Below are positions 1 through 12,690 of a stretch of DNA of 64,000 nucleotides, piece by piece (the stretch's first letter is position 1; every line of letters starts with the position of its first letter). Under the pieces are notes generated by a model. It did no database searches, was not told the DNA's origin, and saw only the letters and a program-made list of their open reading frames with translations. Source of the stretch: Octopus bimaculoides (taxonomy: Eukaryota); NCBI RefSeq assembly GCF_001194135.2, contig NC_068991.1, positions 22,542,158 to 22,606,157 on the forward strand, read 5' to 3'. The position numbers were made by a program, and so were the translations under genes.

Positions 1-968
1 GATAGATGTACAACCTATCCAACAGTAAAATATTGCAAATATATTGATGGTGGGGTATGTATGTATGTATGTATGTATGGCACATACGTATGACACATAG
101 AGGTGTGTGTGTGCATCAGCTAATCTTTCTGGTACTTTATCAAAAGGACCACCACCAACTTTGTGTAGTTCTCTTTCAGTCCTTCTGTAAGCAACAATGA
201 CATCATAAGCCACTGACCCTTGTAGATAAAAAGCTTCACCTCCACTGCCCTCTTTGCATCTGACTCCACACAGCACAAGTTTGACCAGTGTACTCTAAAT
301 CTATCCCTTTCCACTTCACCAAGCTCTCCACCTTGCTTCTACAGACATTAAGTGCAAAACTACATCNNNNNNNNNNNNNNNNNNNNNNNNNNNNNNNNNN
401 NNNNNNNNNNNNNNNNNNNNNNNNNNNNNNNNNNNNNNNNNNNNNNNNNNNNNNNNNNNNNNNNNNNNNNNNNNNNNNNNNNNNNNNNNNNNNNNNNNNN
501 NNNNNNNNNNNNNNNNNNNNNNNNNNNNNNNNNNNNNNNNNNNNNNNNNNNNNNNNNNNNNNNNNNNNNNNNNNNNNNNNNNNNNNNNNNNNNNNNNNNN
601 NNNNNNNNNNNNNNNNNNNNNNNNNNNNNNNNNNNNNNNNNNNNNNNNNNNNNNNNNNNNNNNNNNNNNNNNNNNNNNNNNNNNNNNNNNNNNNNNNNNN
701 NNNNNNNNNNNNNNNNNNNNNNNNNNNNNNNNNNNNNNNNNNNNNNNNNNNNNNNNNNNNNNNNNNNNNNNNNNNNNNNNNNNNNNNNNNNNNNNNNNNN
801 NNNNNNNNNNNNNNNNNNNNNNNNNNNNNNNNNNNNNNNNNNNNNNNNNNNNNNNNNNNNNNNNNNNNNNNNNNNNNNNNNNNNNNNNNNNNNNNNNNNN
901 NNNNNNNNNNNNNNNNNNNNNNNNNNNNNNNNNNNNNNNNNNNNNNNNNNNNNNNNNNNNNNNNNNNN

Positions 969-1180
969 ACGAAAACGGCCACGCTCGAAATGGTGTCTTT
1001 TATGTGCCACCCGCACAAGCCAGTCCAGGGGCACTGGCAACGATCTCGCTCGAAAATCCTACAGGAGCCAGTCAGGCGGTACTGGCAACGGCCACGCTCA
1101 AAATGGTGCATCTCATGTGCCACCCGCACAAGAACCAGTCCAGGGGCACTGGCAACGATCTTACTTGGCTTGCCGGGTCT
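969..1180 (-). mobile_element. RTE LINE 3'UTR fragment (about 60-bp sub-repeat array), cut by an N gap
   Basis: Reverse complement of the gtgccggtggcac-ataaaa(a)gcacc...gccgttgccag sub-repeats seen at 34200-34420 and 11650-11830. Confidence 0.75.
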
Positions 1181-1666
1181 TCTCACGCACAGCCCATTTT
1201 CTATAGGGGTTGGAAGCATAATTCAGCGTTTCCTTCTCAAAGAAAGACAAACCCTCTCACTCAGCCAACTAACATGCTATTGCTTTCACAAGTAATATTT
1301 GCAAGATAATGGAAACAACCGTTAACATTGTTCTCCAAAACATTGAATTTAAATCTCTCCCCTCCCACCAGTGACCATCATTATGGCTTTCTTTTCCAGA
1401 GCCGGATCCACTGGTGATGTTACTTCTCTCATGTCACTTACTAATGGGCCATGTATTTAGAGAAGTTCAATGAAAATGTTTGTTGCTCTAGATAGCTAGA
1501 ATATGAATCTCCCAGAAAAAGTTCCTGTCCTCAGGCTCCACCCATCTTTCATCTCTTGAAACTGGCTTTTATCTCAGATTATACCAGCTGTGGCACATAT
1601 AACCCCATCCACCTCAATTCTCAATCAACTTTGGTGATCTGATGATTGTTTGACCAACACTCAAAC

Positions 1667-1708
<42 letters not shown>

Positions 1709-2122
1709 CAATTTATATATGCTTGTATGTTGCTCCTGCAAAGCAAATTAAAATAAAATTTGGGATTTGTGGTGGGTCAAAGTTGGTAACAAAAACAGGA
1801 CAGTGAAGCCATAACAAGGTGAAGTGGTGAATGCTGGAGAAACAAGCTTTGACAGGAGACAGGCAAAAATGCGTGCTATCCCTGTAGCTGAATGAGAAGA
1901 AAGAAAGAAATTCGAGATGGACGCTGGTCACGTGTGAGCATTGAGAGAGTCAAAGAGGAAGAGTGAGAGAGAAAAAGGGACAGATAGAAAACAGTGAAGG
2001 GGGAGGGGAAGAATTAGAGAAAGGACGAGAGAGAAAAAAGGGAGATACAAGGAATATAGAAAGAGGAAGAGACAGAGAGAGAAAAAGAGATAGTGATATG
2101 TATGTATGTATATATGTATTTA

Positions 2123-2171
<49 letters not shown>

Positions 2172-2191
2172 ATATGTGTGTNNNNNNNNNN

Positions 2192-2241
<50 letters not shown>

Positions 2242-2953
2242 ATATGTGTGTATGTATGTATGTATATATATGTATGCTTATTGTATTTACACACACAAAC
2301 ACTTTAATGGTGTGATAAGTAGAGGATTCAGGGAAATTTCTTGGTGGGATGGAAAGAAAAAAGGGAAAATATTTAAGAATACGAAACTATAAAACTAGTG
2401 TTGACCAAAAGTTAGCCAAGAAAAAGTCTACTAGTGAAAGATTAAATTTTATCTGTGGATGAAAGGGGCTTGTGGGATCTGTGTCTAGTGTCACAGTATA
2501 AATTTTCTCTCATGTATATAGGGGTTAATAATCTCCATTTTGGCATTAAAATATAAATCTGATTTTTATAAGTTCCCAGAAATTATGCACTTTTCTGCTA
2601 TGCAGAGATTGCATCTCTTGATAGGATTCATTTATTGTTTGGATTGTTTGGCAATCTTCCATGTGACGTCAAACAGTCTCCCATTTTCTTTTCTTTGCCA
2701 GATGTAGCTTGTGAACTTTGTGGTATTCTGTATATAAATAATTGAAGTAGAAGGAGCCTGTGGAAAAGAAACCTGTAGGAAGAATTGCTAAAATCTGTCC
2801 TTGGGAGCCTGAATGTCATGAAGAAAGTGGCAATAAACTGGAAGAGTATCAAGATATAGTACTGGACCAGACTTTATCAGTCGGTGCTGGCATTATTGCA
2901 TGGATGTAAAATGATAATAATGCTAGGTGGGTGGGATGTATAAATGTACATTA

Positions 2954-3240
2954 CTGGCACTCTATCAGTTATGACGATGAGGGTTGCAGTTGATCTGATC
3001 TATGGAACAGCTTGCTTGTGAATTTAATGTGCAAGTGGCTGAGTACTCCACAGACACACGTACCTTCAACGCAGTTCTCAGGGAGATTCAGTGTTACACA
3101 GAATGTGACAAGGCTGGCCCTTGAAATACAGGCATTAGTCATTTTTGCTACCTGAATGGACTGAAGCAACATGAAATAACGTGCTGCCAGATATCAAACT
3201 CACAACCAAAAACCCTAACTATTAAACCATGCACCTTCAC
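2954..3240 (-). mobile_element. tRNA-derived SINE (family with ...gtctgtggagtgctcagccacttgcac...gtgcca tail)
   Basis: Reverse-complement homologue of 18697-18989 and of the 3' half of 47572-47950. Degenerate tRNA head at the 3240 end. Confidence 0.75.
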
Positions 3241-4392
3241 TCTCTCTCTCTCTCTCTCTCTCTTATTGCTCCCACATCTGCAACAGTGTTGCTGTACACA
3301 CAAGCAGCCTAGATGCATCCAGAGAAAGGTCTCCTTGGCTAATTAGCATAAAATCTCTCACCGACATGCTCCAGTCTGTGGTTTGCAATAATGCTTTCTC
3401 CTCTCTCTGCCTGTATATTAGCCTTTGTTCATTGGGGCTGTCTGGTCTTGTTCCGCCTCCATTCTGGAATTCTCAACTCACCCATCTATGTCTTATGTGT
3501 TGAACTTTCTCTTTACTTATGTCTTACTTCCAGGTATTAATTTGAAATAGTGTATGCAATATATTAGTATCAATCTCGCTCATCTCAAAGGGCCTGCAAA
3601 GGTCATGAGTACTGCCCTTTCATACAGATTCCACAAAAAAATATATGCAGGTTTGTGTCAAGCAGGTAACCATCAGCCTTATGCCCATCCAAGAGATATT
3701 TTTTAACCTAGTATATTACTTGCTATTATTTACAGCAGTATCCACATCGAGATTCACTATTAAAAGGATATATTTAATATTTTCATGACTCTTATATATG
3801 TCTATAATGTGTGTGTGTGTGTAAGTTTGTATTGTGTTCATTTTTAAGGATGTTTTAGACTAGCTTTGTGTGGTGGTTCTTAGCCTGGAAAAATCTTTTG
3901 AAAGCTCTGTACAATTCTTCAAACACTAAAGTTCCAAAATGTGATGTTTTATACTTATTTATTTACTTGTTGTTGTGCGCATAGTATTACATGAAGGATG
4001 AAACGGATTTGAAAGCAAGTTTATATTACATAAAAAACTTATATGAAGAAAGTGAACTGAAGTTTTGTGTGCATGCATGTGTATGAGGTAAACTAATTGG
4101 ACTATTAAATCAATACTAAAGCTCCATGAAGCTTTTCCAAGTTTGATATTTTTGATACTAAGTGAACATGAAATGGTGGCCTTATGAAGATTACAGACAG
4201 ATATATCTGTTAAAATACTTTATTGATTTTATGTTGTGTGTGTGTATTATTATAGCTTTATACCTACTTTTTCATGGTGGCATTGATTGGGCAGGACTTT
4301 TTGAGGTGGTTTTACAGACAGGTGCCCTTCCAGTTGCCAGCCTTTTTTTTCTAACTTCTTACACCAATTCTAAAATTGTAAACACTGTTCAC

Positions 4393-4532
4393 ATGTATGT
4401 ATGTATGTATGTATGTATGTATGTATGTATGTATGTATGTATGTATGTATGTATGTATGTATGTATGTATGTATGTATGTATGTATGTATGTATGTATGT
4501 ATGTATGTATGTATGTATGTATGTATGTATGT
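4393..4532. repeat. (ATGT)n microsatellite, about 35 units
   Basis: Uninterrupted atgt run. Many other (TA)n, (CA)n, (GA)n, (ATT)n and (GATA)n microsatellites occur across the window. Confidence 0.97.
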
Positions 4533-5718
4533 CTTATTGACGCTTGTGTAGCTGTGTGTGTTGGCATGTGTATGAGTGTGTAATTTTCCCCATTTTCAGG
4601 GGATGTGGGACTTAAAAACACTCTTTATTTTCCTTTAATCCATATTCAGTTGAAGATCTGATCCTATAGCAATCTAATTCCTTCAGCAACTCTCACCTTT
4701 TCAAAGAAAGATGCTGCTTCATACTTACACTTATTAACATTAGCACCATCATTTGTCCATCTTAGTCCATTGAATGACATCCAGTTAGATATCAAAGATC
4801 TGCAGGACTGTATCACCTAAACACTGTTTTTTTAAAATTTCTTAGCAGAGAAAAGGGCAGTGTCCATGACTCTTTCTAAGGTATCCAATACAGGTAGAAA
4901 GCAAGTTGATGATATTCTCAGACCAGAGAGTTTCTCTGATTGCTTGAAATTGAATTCCACTAAAAGCATCCAAGGAACAGAGGGTAATGTTAAACCAACT
5001 GATAGATTAAGTTTACACCAGCCACATAGGTGATGGTAGGATTTGAATTCAGTCCCTAAATAATCCAATGCTCTAATGGTTTTCCCTATTGCCTGTTTCT
5101 TGTTAACAGCACTGCCCTAGTGGCAGATTAGTAAACTAATGACAGCATATTCAAAATGTGCCAAACCATGGAGTACCAGATTTAAGAGGTGCAAAATGTT
5201 ATTATAGTATAATGTAGAAGTAAATATAACAATATGTAAAGTAGTATTCTGTATATCTTACTTAACATGGATATAGTTTAGAAAGCTACAAAACTGTGGT
5301 ATTCATTTTGAGGAAGCATCTTGTATAGTACTAAAAAGCACAAAATCATATTAGTAGCTACTGATATGCTTCTGTGGTTATTAGCACTATATGAAATTCT
5401 TTTTTGGGATGAATACCACTACTTTGTGGCTTTCTATATTATATCCATGTCAAGATATATAGAGTTATATTTTGAATTAATACTGCTTCCATTGCTAATA
5501 ATAAAATATGTGTGTTTTTAATGTGTAGAATGACCCTACTATGTTGCACGTGTGTGTTTTTGTGAAATACATTTAGAGGCATTCCCACATCTAAGGCAAC
5601 ATTTAATTTTTTTTAATCTTCAAATTTCTGCCAATGTGATGGGGGGAAAAAAGAATAAACATCATACCTCTGCACAAAAGTATATTAAGTACATATAAAA
5701 CCAAAAACATACATGCTG

Positions 5719-5743
<25 letters not shown>

Positions 5744-5749
<6 letters not shown>

Positions 5750-6125
5750 AATCTCTGAATGAGATATAAACAGTAGCTGTACGACAATGTGAAGTATATT
5801 TGCCACTTAAATGCTGCTAACCACTAGGGGTGAATACTACTGTAGCTTGTAGCCCCAGGAGAACATCTCCTCCAGCTGGCTATTGACACACTTTCTGTGC
5901 CCTATCAGTATTTGCAAAGGGAAGTCATCCTTCTCATCGTCGACCTGACGTGATATGCACGGACCCGGGTTTCTGGGTATTTACCCTTCATCAGCGCACG
6001 ACTGTCACCGATCTTCGATGCAAAGGGGTCCCAATGCAAATACATATATCCTTTTTCCAGTGACGAAAATTCACTGATCTCGAAAAAGTGTAAACAAGCA
6101 ATAATAAATCTCTGAACGAGATATA
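5744..6125 (-). mobile_element. Penelope-like / retrozyme-like 357-bp unit with 25-bp terminal direct repeats and an internal hammerhead motif
   Basis: ataataaatctctgaa(t/c)gagatata at 5744-5768 and 6101-6125 (24/25 identical). CpG-rich interior unlike the flanks. Hammerhead core at 5957-6000. Confidence 0.6.
5957..6000 (-). ncRNA. Type I minimal hammerhead ribozyme motif
   Basis: Minus strand: CGUGCG CUGAUGA A GGGU-AAAU-ACCC A GAAAC CCGG GUC^CGUGC. Intact CUGAUGA and GAAA core, GUC cleavage triplet, 5-bp stem I (GUGCG/CGUGC, 2 G-U pairs), palindromic stem III ACCCGGGU. Stem II is flanked by an A on each side (non-canonical 10.1/11.1). Confidence 0.65.
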
Positions 6126-6165
6126 TTTTTATATATGTCTGTATGTGTGTGTGTGAATATACATA

Positions 6166-6563
6166 AGTGTGGCTATGTGGTAAGAAGTTTGCTTCCCAAC
6201 CACATGATTCAGTCTCATCGCATGGCACCTTGGGCAAGTGTATTCAATATATAACCTCAGGCTGACCAAAGACTTGTGAGCAGATTTAGTGAAAGAAAAT
6301 TGAAAAAAACTCGTAAACTCCTATGTGTGTGTGTTAGTGTCTCCTTGTCTTAAAATTGTGTGGTAATTGTAAATGAGTATCACTGTCATGCAAGCAGTGT
6401 CATTAATTCTCAATATTCTGTGAGAACACATCTGGCCATAGGGAAATTATCACCTTGCTTGGAACCAGTTACAGGTTGGTGACAGGAAGGGCATGCAGCC
6501 ATAGAAAATCTGCCTCAGTATAACTCATGCAGGCTTGAAAAAGTGGATGTTAAACAACAATGA
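6166..6563 (+). mobile_element. tRNA-derived SINE with RTE-like 3' tail
   Basis: Head gtgtggctatgtggtaagaagtttgcttcccaaccacatg; tail aagggcatgcagccatagaaaatc...catgcaggcttgaaaaagtggatgttaaa. Homologues at 12285-12690 and 27880-28200. Confidence 0.8.
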
Positions 6564-7929
6564 TTGCGCATGCACACACACACAAGCATGTCTACTCAGA
6601 AAATGTGTAACCAAGTCTCTGTTTTTCTTGCTAAACTTTTGACGCTCACTTTTTCTTAGAGTAACCACTAAACAACCTCTTCTGTTCAGATTTCTAGATT
6701 CAGTGTCGTCTCTTGTCTGTAGTTTCATATACTTGAAAATGCTTCATTAATTAATAGTGATAATGTTGCTTTTAACTTGATTAGCTAATTGTGATGTCTT
6801 CTACCATATGAAGATAGGTCCTATTCAATGGAAATTCTCCATTGTTAAGAATTTTCTCCAGACATAGACATTTTAGTGTTATTATAGTTGTTGTTCTTGT
6901 TAGTGTTTGGACTGTCTTCACATGTCTTATTGCTGCTTATATTGCTGTGTGTGTGTCATGTATATGTGTGAGTATATATGTGAGTATATGTGTGAGTATA
7001 ATGTATTTATTTGTGTATATGTATAAATACAGTATAAATATTTGCACATTTGGCATGTGTGTTATATTTGTGTGTCTGTGTGTGTGGAAGTATATATACA
7101 TACTCATATGCATATACAGACACATGTATGTGCACATGCACACACAGGCACACGGAAACAAGCTTGGCTAAGTGTTGAAGAAGTTCACGTTGCAATCAAT
7201 CACATAGCCCTAGATTTGAACCCCTTATATTGATATATGGGGCAAGGCTTTTGTTTTTTTTTACCACGGCATCTGATCAGTCTGGGCTTTGAGAATGAAC
7301 TTGAGTAGAGGGGGTAATTGAAAGCCTAACAGAACAATCGTACCTGTGATTCAAAGGACCAGTCTTGTTACACTCAGTATTGCCCCGATTCTGCCTGAGA
7401 ATTCCATTCTGGATATGTCTTGTGTCTATGGAGTACTCAACCATTAACAGTATCATTTATTGGGTAGGTAGTTTAGTGGACTGAGTTCTTGAAATACCCA
7501 TCATTGAAACTGACAGGTATCCAATTAATTTACACACTCATGTACATGTGCCTTTATATGCATATATGTTTGTATGTGTCTGCATATATGTCTTTTATGG
7601 TGTGTATGTACATAATGTATCAATATTTGTGTTCTAGTGTATGTGTGTGTCTGTATGTATGCATATGTATATAATATATGCATTTGTGTGTGTGTGAAAT
7701 TATATACTCTCCAGCTTGAGTGATTTTTGCTTCTTGTCTCCTAGATACAGATTTTTGTTTTGTTTGTTTTTTAATTTTCTTTTAAGAAAGTTTGACTTTT
7801 TTTATTATTGTTTCTTGATTGAAAATGTCTTGGAGTTTTTCTCTTTTAGACATTATCTGAAAGTTGCCTAGTAACAACCTTAGTTCTTTGCATTCTTCTA
7901 CCTTTTAGTCTTTTCATTCTGGCAAATCT

Positions 7930-9260
7930 CTTTGTCTTCCTTTCTTTCCTTCTTCCTTTTCTTTCTGTTTCTCTTCCTTTTGTTTCCTTTCTTCTTTTTC
8001 TTTCTTTCTCTTCATTTTATGTGTCTTTATCCTTTCTTTCTGTCTTTTTCTTTCTCTCATCCTCTTCTTTCTATTTCTCTTTCTCTTTCTTTCCATTTTC
8101 TTTGTCATTTTTCTATTTCTTTCTTTTCCTTTTTACAATATTTTCTTTCCATTTTACCTTTCATTCTTTCCATCTTTTACTCTGTTCTTTTTCTTTCCAT
8201 TTACTTTTACTTCTCTTTTTCTGTTTTGTTCTTTTTTCCTCTCTTCTTCCTTTTCTTTCCGTCGTTCTTCCTTTTCTTTCCTCTCTTCTTCCTTTTCTTT
8301 CCTCTCTTCTTCCTTTTCTTTCCGTCGTTCTTCCTTTTCTTTCCGTCGTTCTTCCTTTTCTTTCCGTCGTTCTTCCTTTTCTTTCCGTCTTTCTTCCTTT
8401 TCTTTCCGTCGTTCTTCCTTTTCTTTCCGTCGTTCTTCCTTTTCTTTCCGTCGTTCTTCCTTTTCTNNNNNNNNNNNNNNNNNNNNNNNNNNNNNNNNNN
8501 NNNNNNNNNNNNNNNNNNNNNNNNNNNNNNNNNNNNNNNNNNNNNNNNNNNNNNNNNNNNNNNNNNNNNNNNNNNNNNNNNNNNNNNNNNNNNNNNNNNN
8601 NNNNNNNNNNNNNNNNNNNNNNNNNNNNNNNNNNNNNNNNNNNNNNNNNNNNNNNNNNNNNNNNNNNNNNNNNNNNNNNNNNNNNNNNNNNNNNNNNNNN
8701 NNNNNNNNNNNNNNNNNNNNNNNNNNNNNNNNNNNNNNNNNNNNNNNNNNNNNNNNNNNNNNNNNNNNNNNNNNNNNNNNNNNNNNNNNNNNNNNNNNNN
8801 NNNNNNNNNNNNNNNNNNNNNNNNNNNNNNNNNNNNNNNNNNNNNNNNNNNNNNNNNNNNNNNNNNNNNNNNNNNNNNNNNNNNNNNNNNNNNNNNNNNN
8901 NNNNNNNNNNNNNNNNNNNNNNNNNNNNNNNNNNNNNNNNNNNNNNNNNNNNNNNNNNNNNNNNNNNNNNNNNNNNNNNNNNNNNNNNNNNNNNNNNNNN
9001 NNNNNNNNNNNNNNNNNNNNNNNNNNNNNNNNNNNNNNNNNNNNNNNNNNNNNNNNNNNNNNNNNNNNNNNNNNNNNNNNNNNNNNNNNNNNNNNNNNNN
9101 NNNNNNNNNNNNNNNNNNNNNNNNNNNNNNNNNNNNNNNNNNNNNNNNNNNNNNNNNNNNNNNNNNNNNNNNNNNNNNNNNNNNNNNNNNNNNNNNNNNN
9201 NNNNNNNNNNNNNNNNNNNNNNNNNNNNNNNNNNNNNNTTTCCTTTTAGTTTTCTTTGTT
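7930..9260. repeat. Polypyrimidine tract with 21-bp minisatellite (ttccgtcgttcttccttttct / ttcctctcttcttccttttct), gap-interrupted
   Basis: About 11 visible 21-bp units at about 8235-8466, followed by an N gap. Confidence 0.9.
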
Positions 9261-9448
9261 TATTTTTGGTATCCTCTTTTCCCCTTCATTTTAGAAGAAT
9301 TCTTAAACTATTTCTTTATTGCCCACCTCCTTTTCTTCCACATATATTTTCAATCAGTCCATCTTTAAACTGAGTCATTTGCAAGCTTCTGATGTATCCT
9401 CTCATTATCTCTCTCCTAGTACATCTTGCAAGATTACGTTTGTGTAAT

Positions 9449-9501
<53 letters not shown>

Positions 9502-10917
9502 GTATTTAACTAACAAGAAAACAATGTGTTGTTGCTAAGTGATGTCTGAACTATAATTCTAGTTGTTCCTTTAACCGCTACTGTAGCAATCACCATTTCT
9601 TAGTCTGGCTTTTTTTCTCTAAAGAGAAAGGTGATAGTGGTGAAGGGGTGTTAATGTTGGCAATGGTACTGGTGGTGGTGGCAGCAATAGTTAGGGCAGG
9701 GGGAGCATTGGTCTTGGTATTGTGTTCATGGTGGTGATTGCAGTGGTTCTGATAACATTGGTCTTGAAATTAATGGTTGTGGATTAAACTGTCCCAGTCA
9801 ATCCTATTCAAATATGGGCCCATCTGGCCTTCATTACTTTTACCTGACACCTAAGAGTTGGGTTCAGTTTTCAATACTTTTCCTTGTGTATATAGATTAC
9901 CACTACACTGTTGTTTCCAATCATGTGCATGCATTTTTTATCCAAACTAGTCATGAGTCATGAGGGGAACTTTTATGCTTTTACTCAGCTTGCTAGCAAC
10001 AGCAACCAAATTCCCAGAAATCAGATTCTACTCTTAAGAGTGAAAGCACACATCATATTTTCTAGATGTATGAAAAGATGGATGACCCAGATAGAATGTT
10101 TTTGATATTGATATACTCAAACAGGACTTTCTCAATGTTAATTTCAAGACCAATGTTATCAGAACCACTGCAATCACCACCATGATTTTCACTCAGTTTT
10201 TAAAAATTAGTCTTCATCTTTATGATCTCTTTGCAGCCTGTTGATGCTGCAAAGTACACTGTATCCTGATCATATAATTGATTCTTAAGACTTGTTGTCG
10301 AGATGTCAGAGTTACAATATACTAGAAGATTCAACTCATTGCTGAGGGTGCTACAATTATCAGGTGCTGAGGGTACTAGAATTCATCAGAGTACATAATG
10401 TTTTAAAAGGGCAAGTGGTGTTGTTGAGGCTGCTAATCCTGATGAAGGAAAGCTATGATCAAGAGTGTTTCAGCCATGACCATAACATATCACCACCCCC
10501 TACCCTAGGTACCATGTGTCTAGGACTACATTACCAGATGTGCTATTCTAGAATGGGTTGTGATTCAAGGGAGATCTTGTTGCTATTACTAGTTGGTTTG
10601 CCATTACTAGTAGGTTGAGTAACCAACTAGTAATAGCAGAAGTTTAACGTATAACAGACATGTAAAAGTTTTCTTGTTGGCTAGCCAGGTTGTTACGGCT
10701 GCTTGTAGGGTTGTTTCTAAAGCTCTGTTTGTTGTCTTGGTTCATAAGTTTGCATCAGTCATGAAATCCCAGGTTCAATTCCAGTGCATTGTTCCTTGAG
10801 GAAGTGTCTTCTATTGTAGCCTTGGTTTAACCTGAGCCTTGAGCCTGTCAAGAGGACTTGTATCTCTAATGTAGTAAATAATATATAATATAATTATAGA
10901 CTGTATCAGTAATTTAA

Positions 10918-11420
10918 CCCTTTAGGATTCTGTCAAATGTAAGAGTAAAAGGTTAAAACCCCTTCGGTCACGAATGACCATGGGATTACAGCTAGAAAGT
11001 TCCCCTCCAAGGCACCCATCCAGGCAAGGTTGTTTATGGAAAGCCAGCAGTTGCCCATGCATACCAGCCTCTCCTCTCCACACCACTTATGTTATCCAAG
11101 GGAAAGGCAAAGGCTAATACAGCTTGACACCAATGACGTAACTCATTTCTACAGCTGAGTGAACTGGAGCAACATGAAATAAAGTGTCTTGCTCAAGAAC
11201 ACAACACACAGCCTGGTCTGGGAATCGAACTCACAACCTCATGATTGTGAATCTGATACACTAATTGCTGAACTACATGCTTTCACTCTGTTAAATGTAA
11301 TGCTTATTTATTCACATTGTTAAGAATGATGTGCTTGTTTAGTTTTAGAATGACAATGTAGAGTGGGTGTTAGAGGCTGGATCAAAATAAACAGGTACAA
11401 TAAATGTAAATGCTAAAGGG
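10918..11420. mobile_element. TTAA-flanked (piggyBac-type) MITE interrupted by a SINE
   Basis: TTAA|ccctttag(g)att ... aatgctaaaggg|TTAA (TTAA at 10914-10917 and 11421-11424). Same family, opposite orientation, at 31826-32007 and 35598-35833. Confidence 0.85.
10943..11286 (-). mobile_element. tRNA-derived SINE inserted in the MITE, with a 14-bp TSD
   Basis: TSD tctgt(c/t)aaatgtaa at 10929-10942 and 11287-11300. B-box-like gggaatcgaactc on the + strand. Homologue at 19181-19472. Confidence 0.85.
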
Positions 11421-11644
11421 TTAAGGTACAACTTGGACTTTTAGTGAGTCTTGTTAAGTCTACCAAAGGATTATGTTAAGGCTGAAAATATGAGGAATAC
11501 TGAGCCACTTAGATTATAATTCAAAGAGAAGTAGTTCTGATGATCAAATAACTGAAATATCATTAAAATTAATAGAGAATGTGTTATTTCATTCAGTTAT
11601 CTAGATGTACGTACTACAAAGTATAAATAGACGTACACAATCAT

Positions 11645-11999
11645 AGTTGTGGCCAATGCCAGCGCCACCTGATTGGCACTTGTGCCGGTGGCATGTAAAG
11701 AGCACCATTCGAGCATGGCTGATGTCATTACCACCTGACTGGCACCCGTGCAGGTGGCACATAAAAAGCACCATTTGAGCATGGTTGATGCCAGTGCCAC
11801 CTAACTGGCCCCCATGCTGGTAGCACGTAAAAAGCACCCACTACACTCTCGGAGTTGTTGGCGCTAGGAAGGGCATCCAGCTGTAGAAATCTTGCCAGAT
11901 CAGATTGGAGCCTGGTGCAGCCTCCTGGCTTGCTACTCCTCAGTCAAACCGTCCAACCTATGCCAGCATGGAAAGTGGACATTAAACGATGATGATGAT
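11645..11999 (+). mobile_element. 5'-truncated RTE LINE (3'UTR only)
   Basis: Sub-repeats, then cccactacactctcggagttgttggcg...cctatgccagcatggaaagtggacattaaacgatgatgatg, matching 34420-34570. Confidence 0.85.
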
Positions 12000-12284
12000 A
12001 TACAAATTTGTACTGAAGGGAAATCAGCTATTTCAAGTTTTCCCTTCACTGAAAATGAAGAAAAACATTTTTTTAGCCGACATAGGTGAGGTTTTTGTCA
12101 TTCAAAAACAATAAACAAGAATTTTATTCATTATTTATTTATTTGATTTCTGTCAGTTAAAGGGATAACTCCAGAACATTAGTTTTCTCTTCCCGCAGCA
12201 TACAAACTTATCCAAATTCACTACTAATGTTGCATTGGTTTCTACAAGTTGCCTTGAATTTTAATTTTATACATACACAATTGA

Positions 12285-12690
12285 TCAAGCATAGGTGTGT
12301 GGTTAAGAAGCATGCTTCCCAACCACATAGTTTGGAGTTCAGTCCTGTTGCACAGCACCTTGTGGACAAGTATCTTGTATTATAACCCCCAGGCCAATCA
12401 AGGCCTTGTAAATGGATTTGGTAGATGGAAACTGAAAGAAGCCTCCCTGTGTGTTTCCCTGTTTTGACATTGCCCAATAGTTGTAAATAAGTGTCACTAT
12501 TGTCCAAATGTTATCACTCATTTCCACTCTTCTACGAAAAATGTCAGGTCATAGGGAAAACATTACTTTGTTTTGGAAGCAGGTAAATGTTGGCAGCAGG
12601 AAAGGCATCCTGCTATGCAAAATCTGCTTCAATGAATTCCATGTGAACCATGCAAGTATGGAAAAGTGAAAGTTAAAATGATGCTGATGA
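12285..12690 (+). mobile_element. tRNA-derived SINE with RTE-like tail
   Basis: Homologous to 6166-6563. Ends ccatgcaagtatggaaaagtgaaagttaaaatgatg. Confidence 0.8.

Noticed and set aside
236-1309. Long ORFs of 226-478 aa in the ORF track (also 7932-9373, 12836-13768, 20641-21382)
   Set aside because: They are open only because of N runs and simple repeats; the non-N parts are LINE UTR or low-complexity sequence.
4162-4621. ORFs with MYVC/HTYI repeats (similar at 1950-2392, 6842-7233, 23225-23639)
   Set aside because: These are translations of microsatellites.
10439-10470. CTGATGAAGG hammerhead-like start (other CTGATGA hits near 20090, 28985, 33166, 39075, 62002)
   Set aside because: No properly placed stem II + GAAA; some hits are in coding sequence (YADD, the acidic exon).
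12077-12085. ttttttag|ccgacatag|gtgag apparent 9-nt microexon
   Set aside because: In phase 0 it reads Pro-Thr-stop, the pyrimidine tract is only 7 nt, and such matches are expected by chance.
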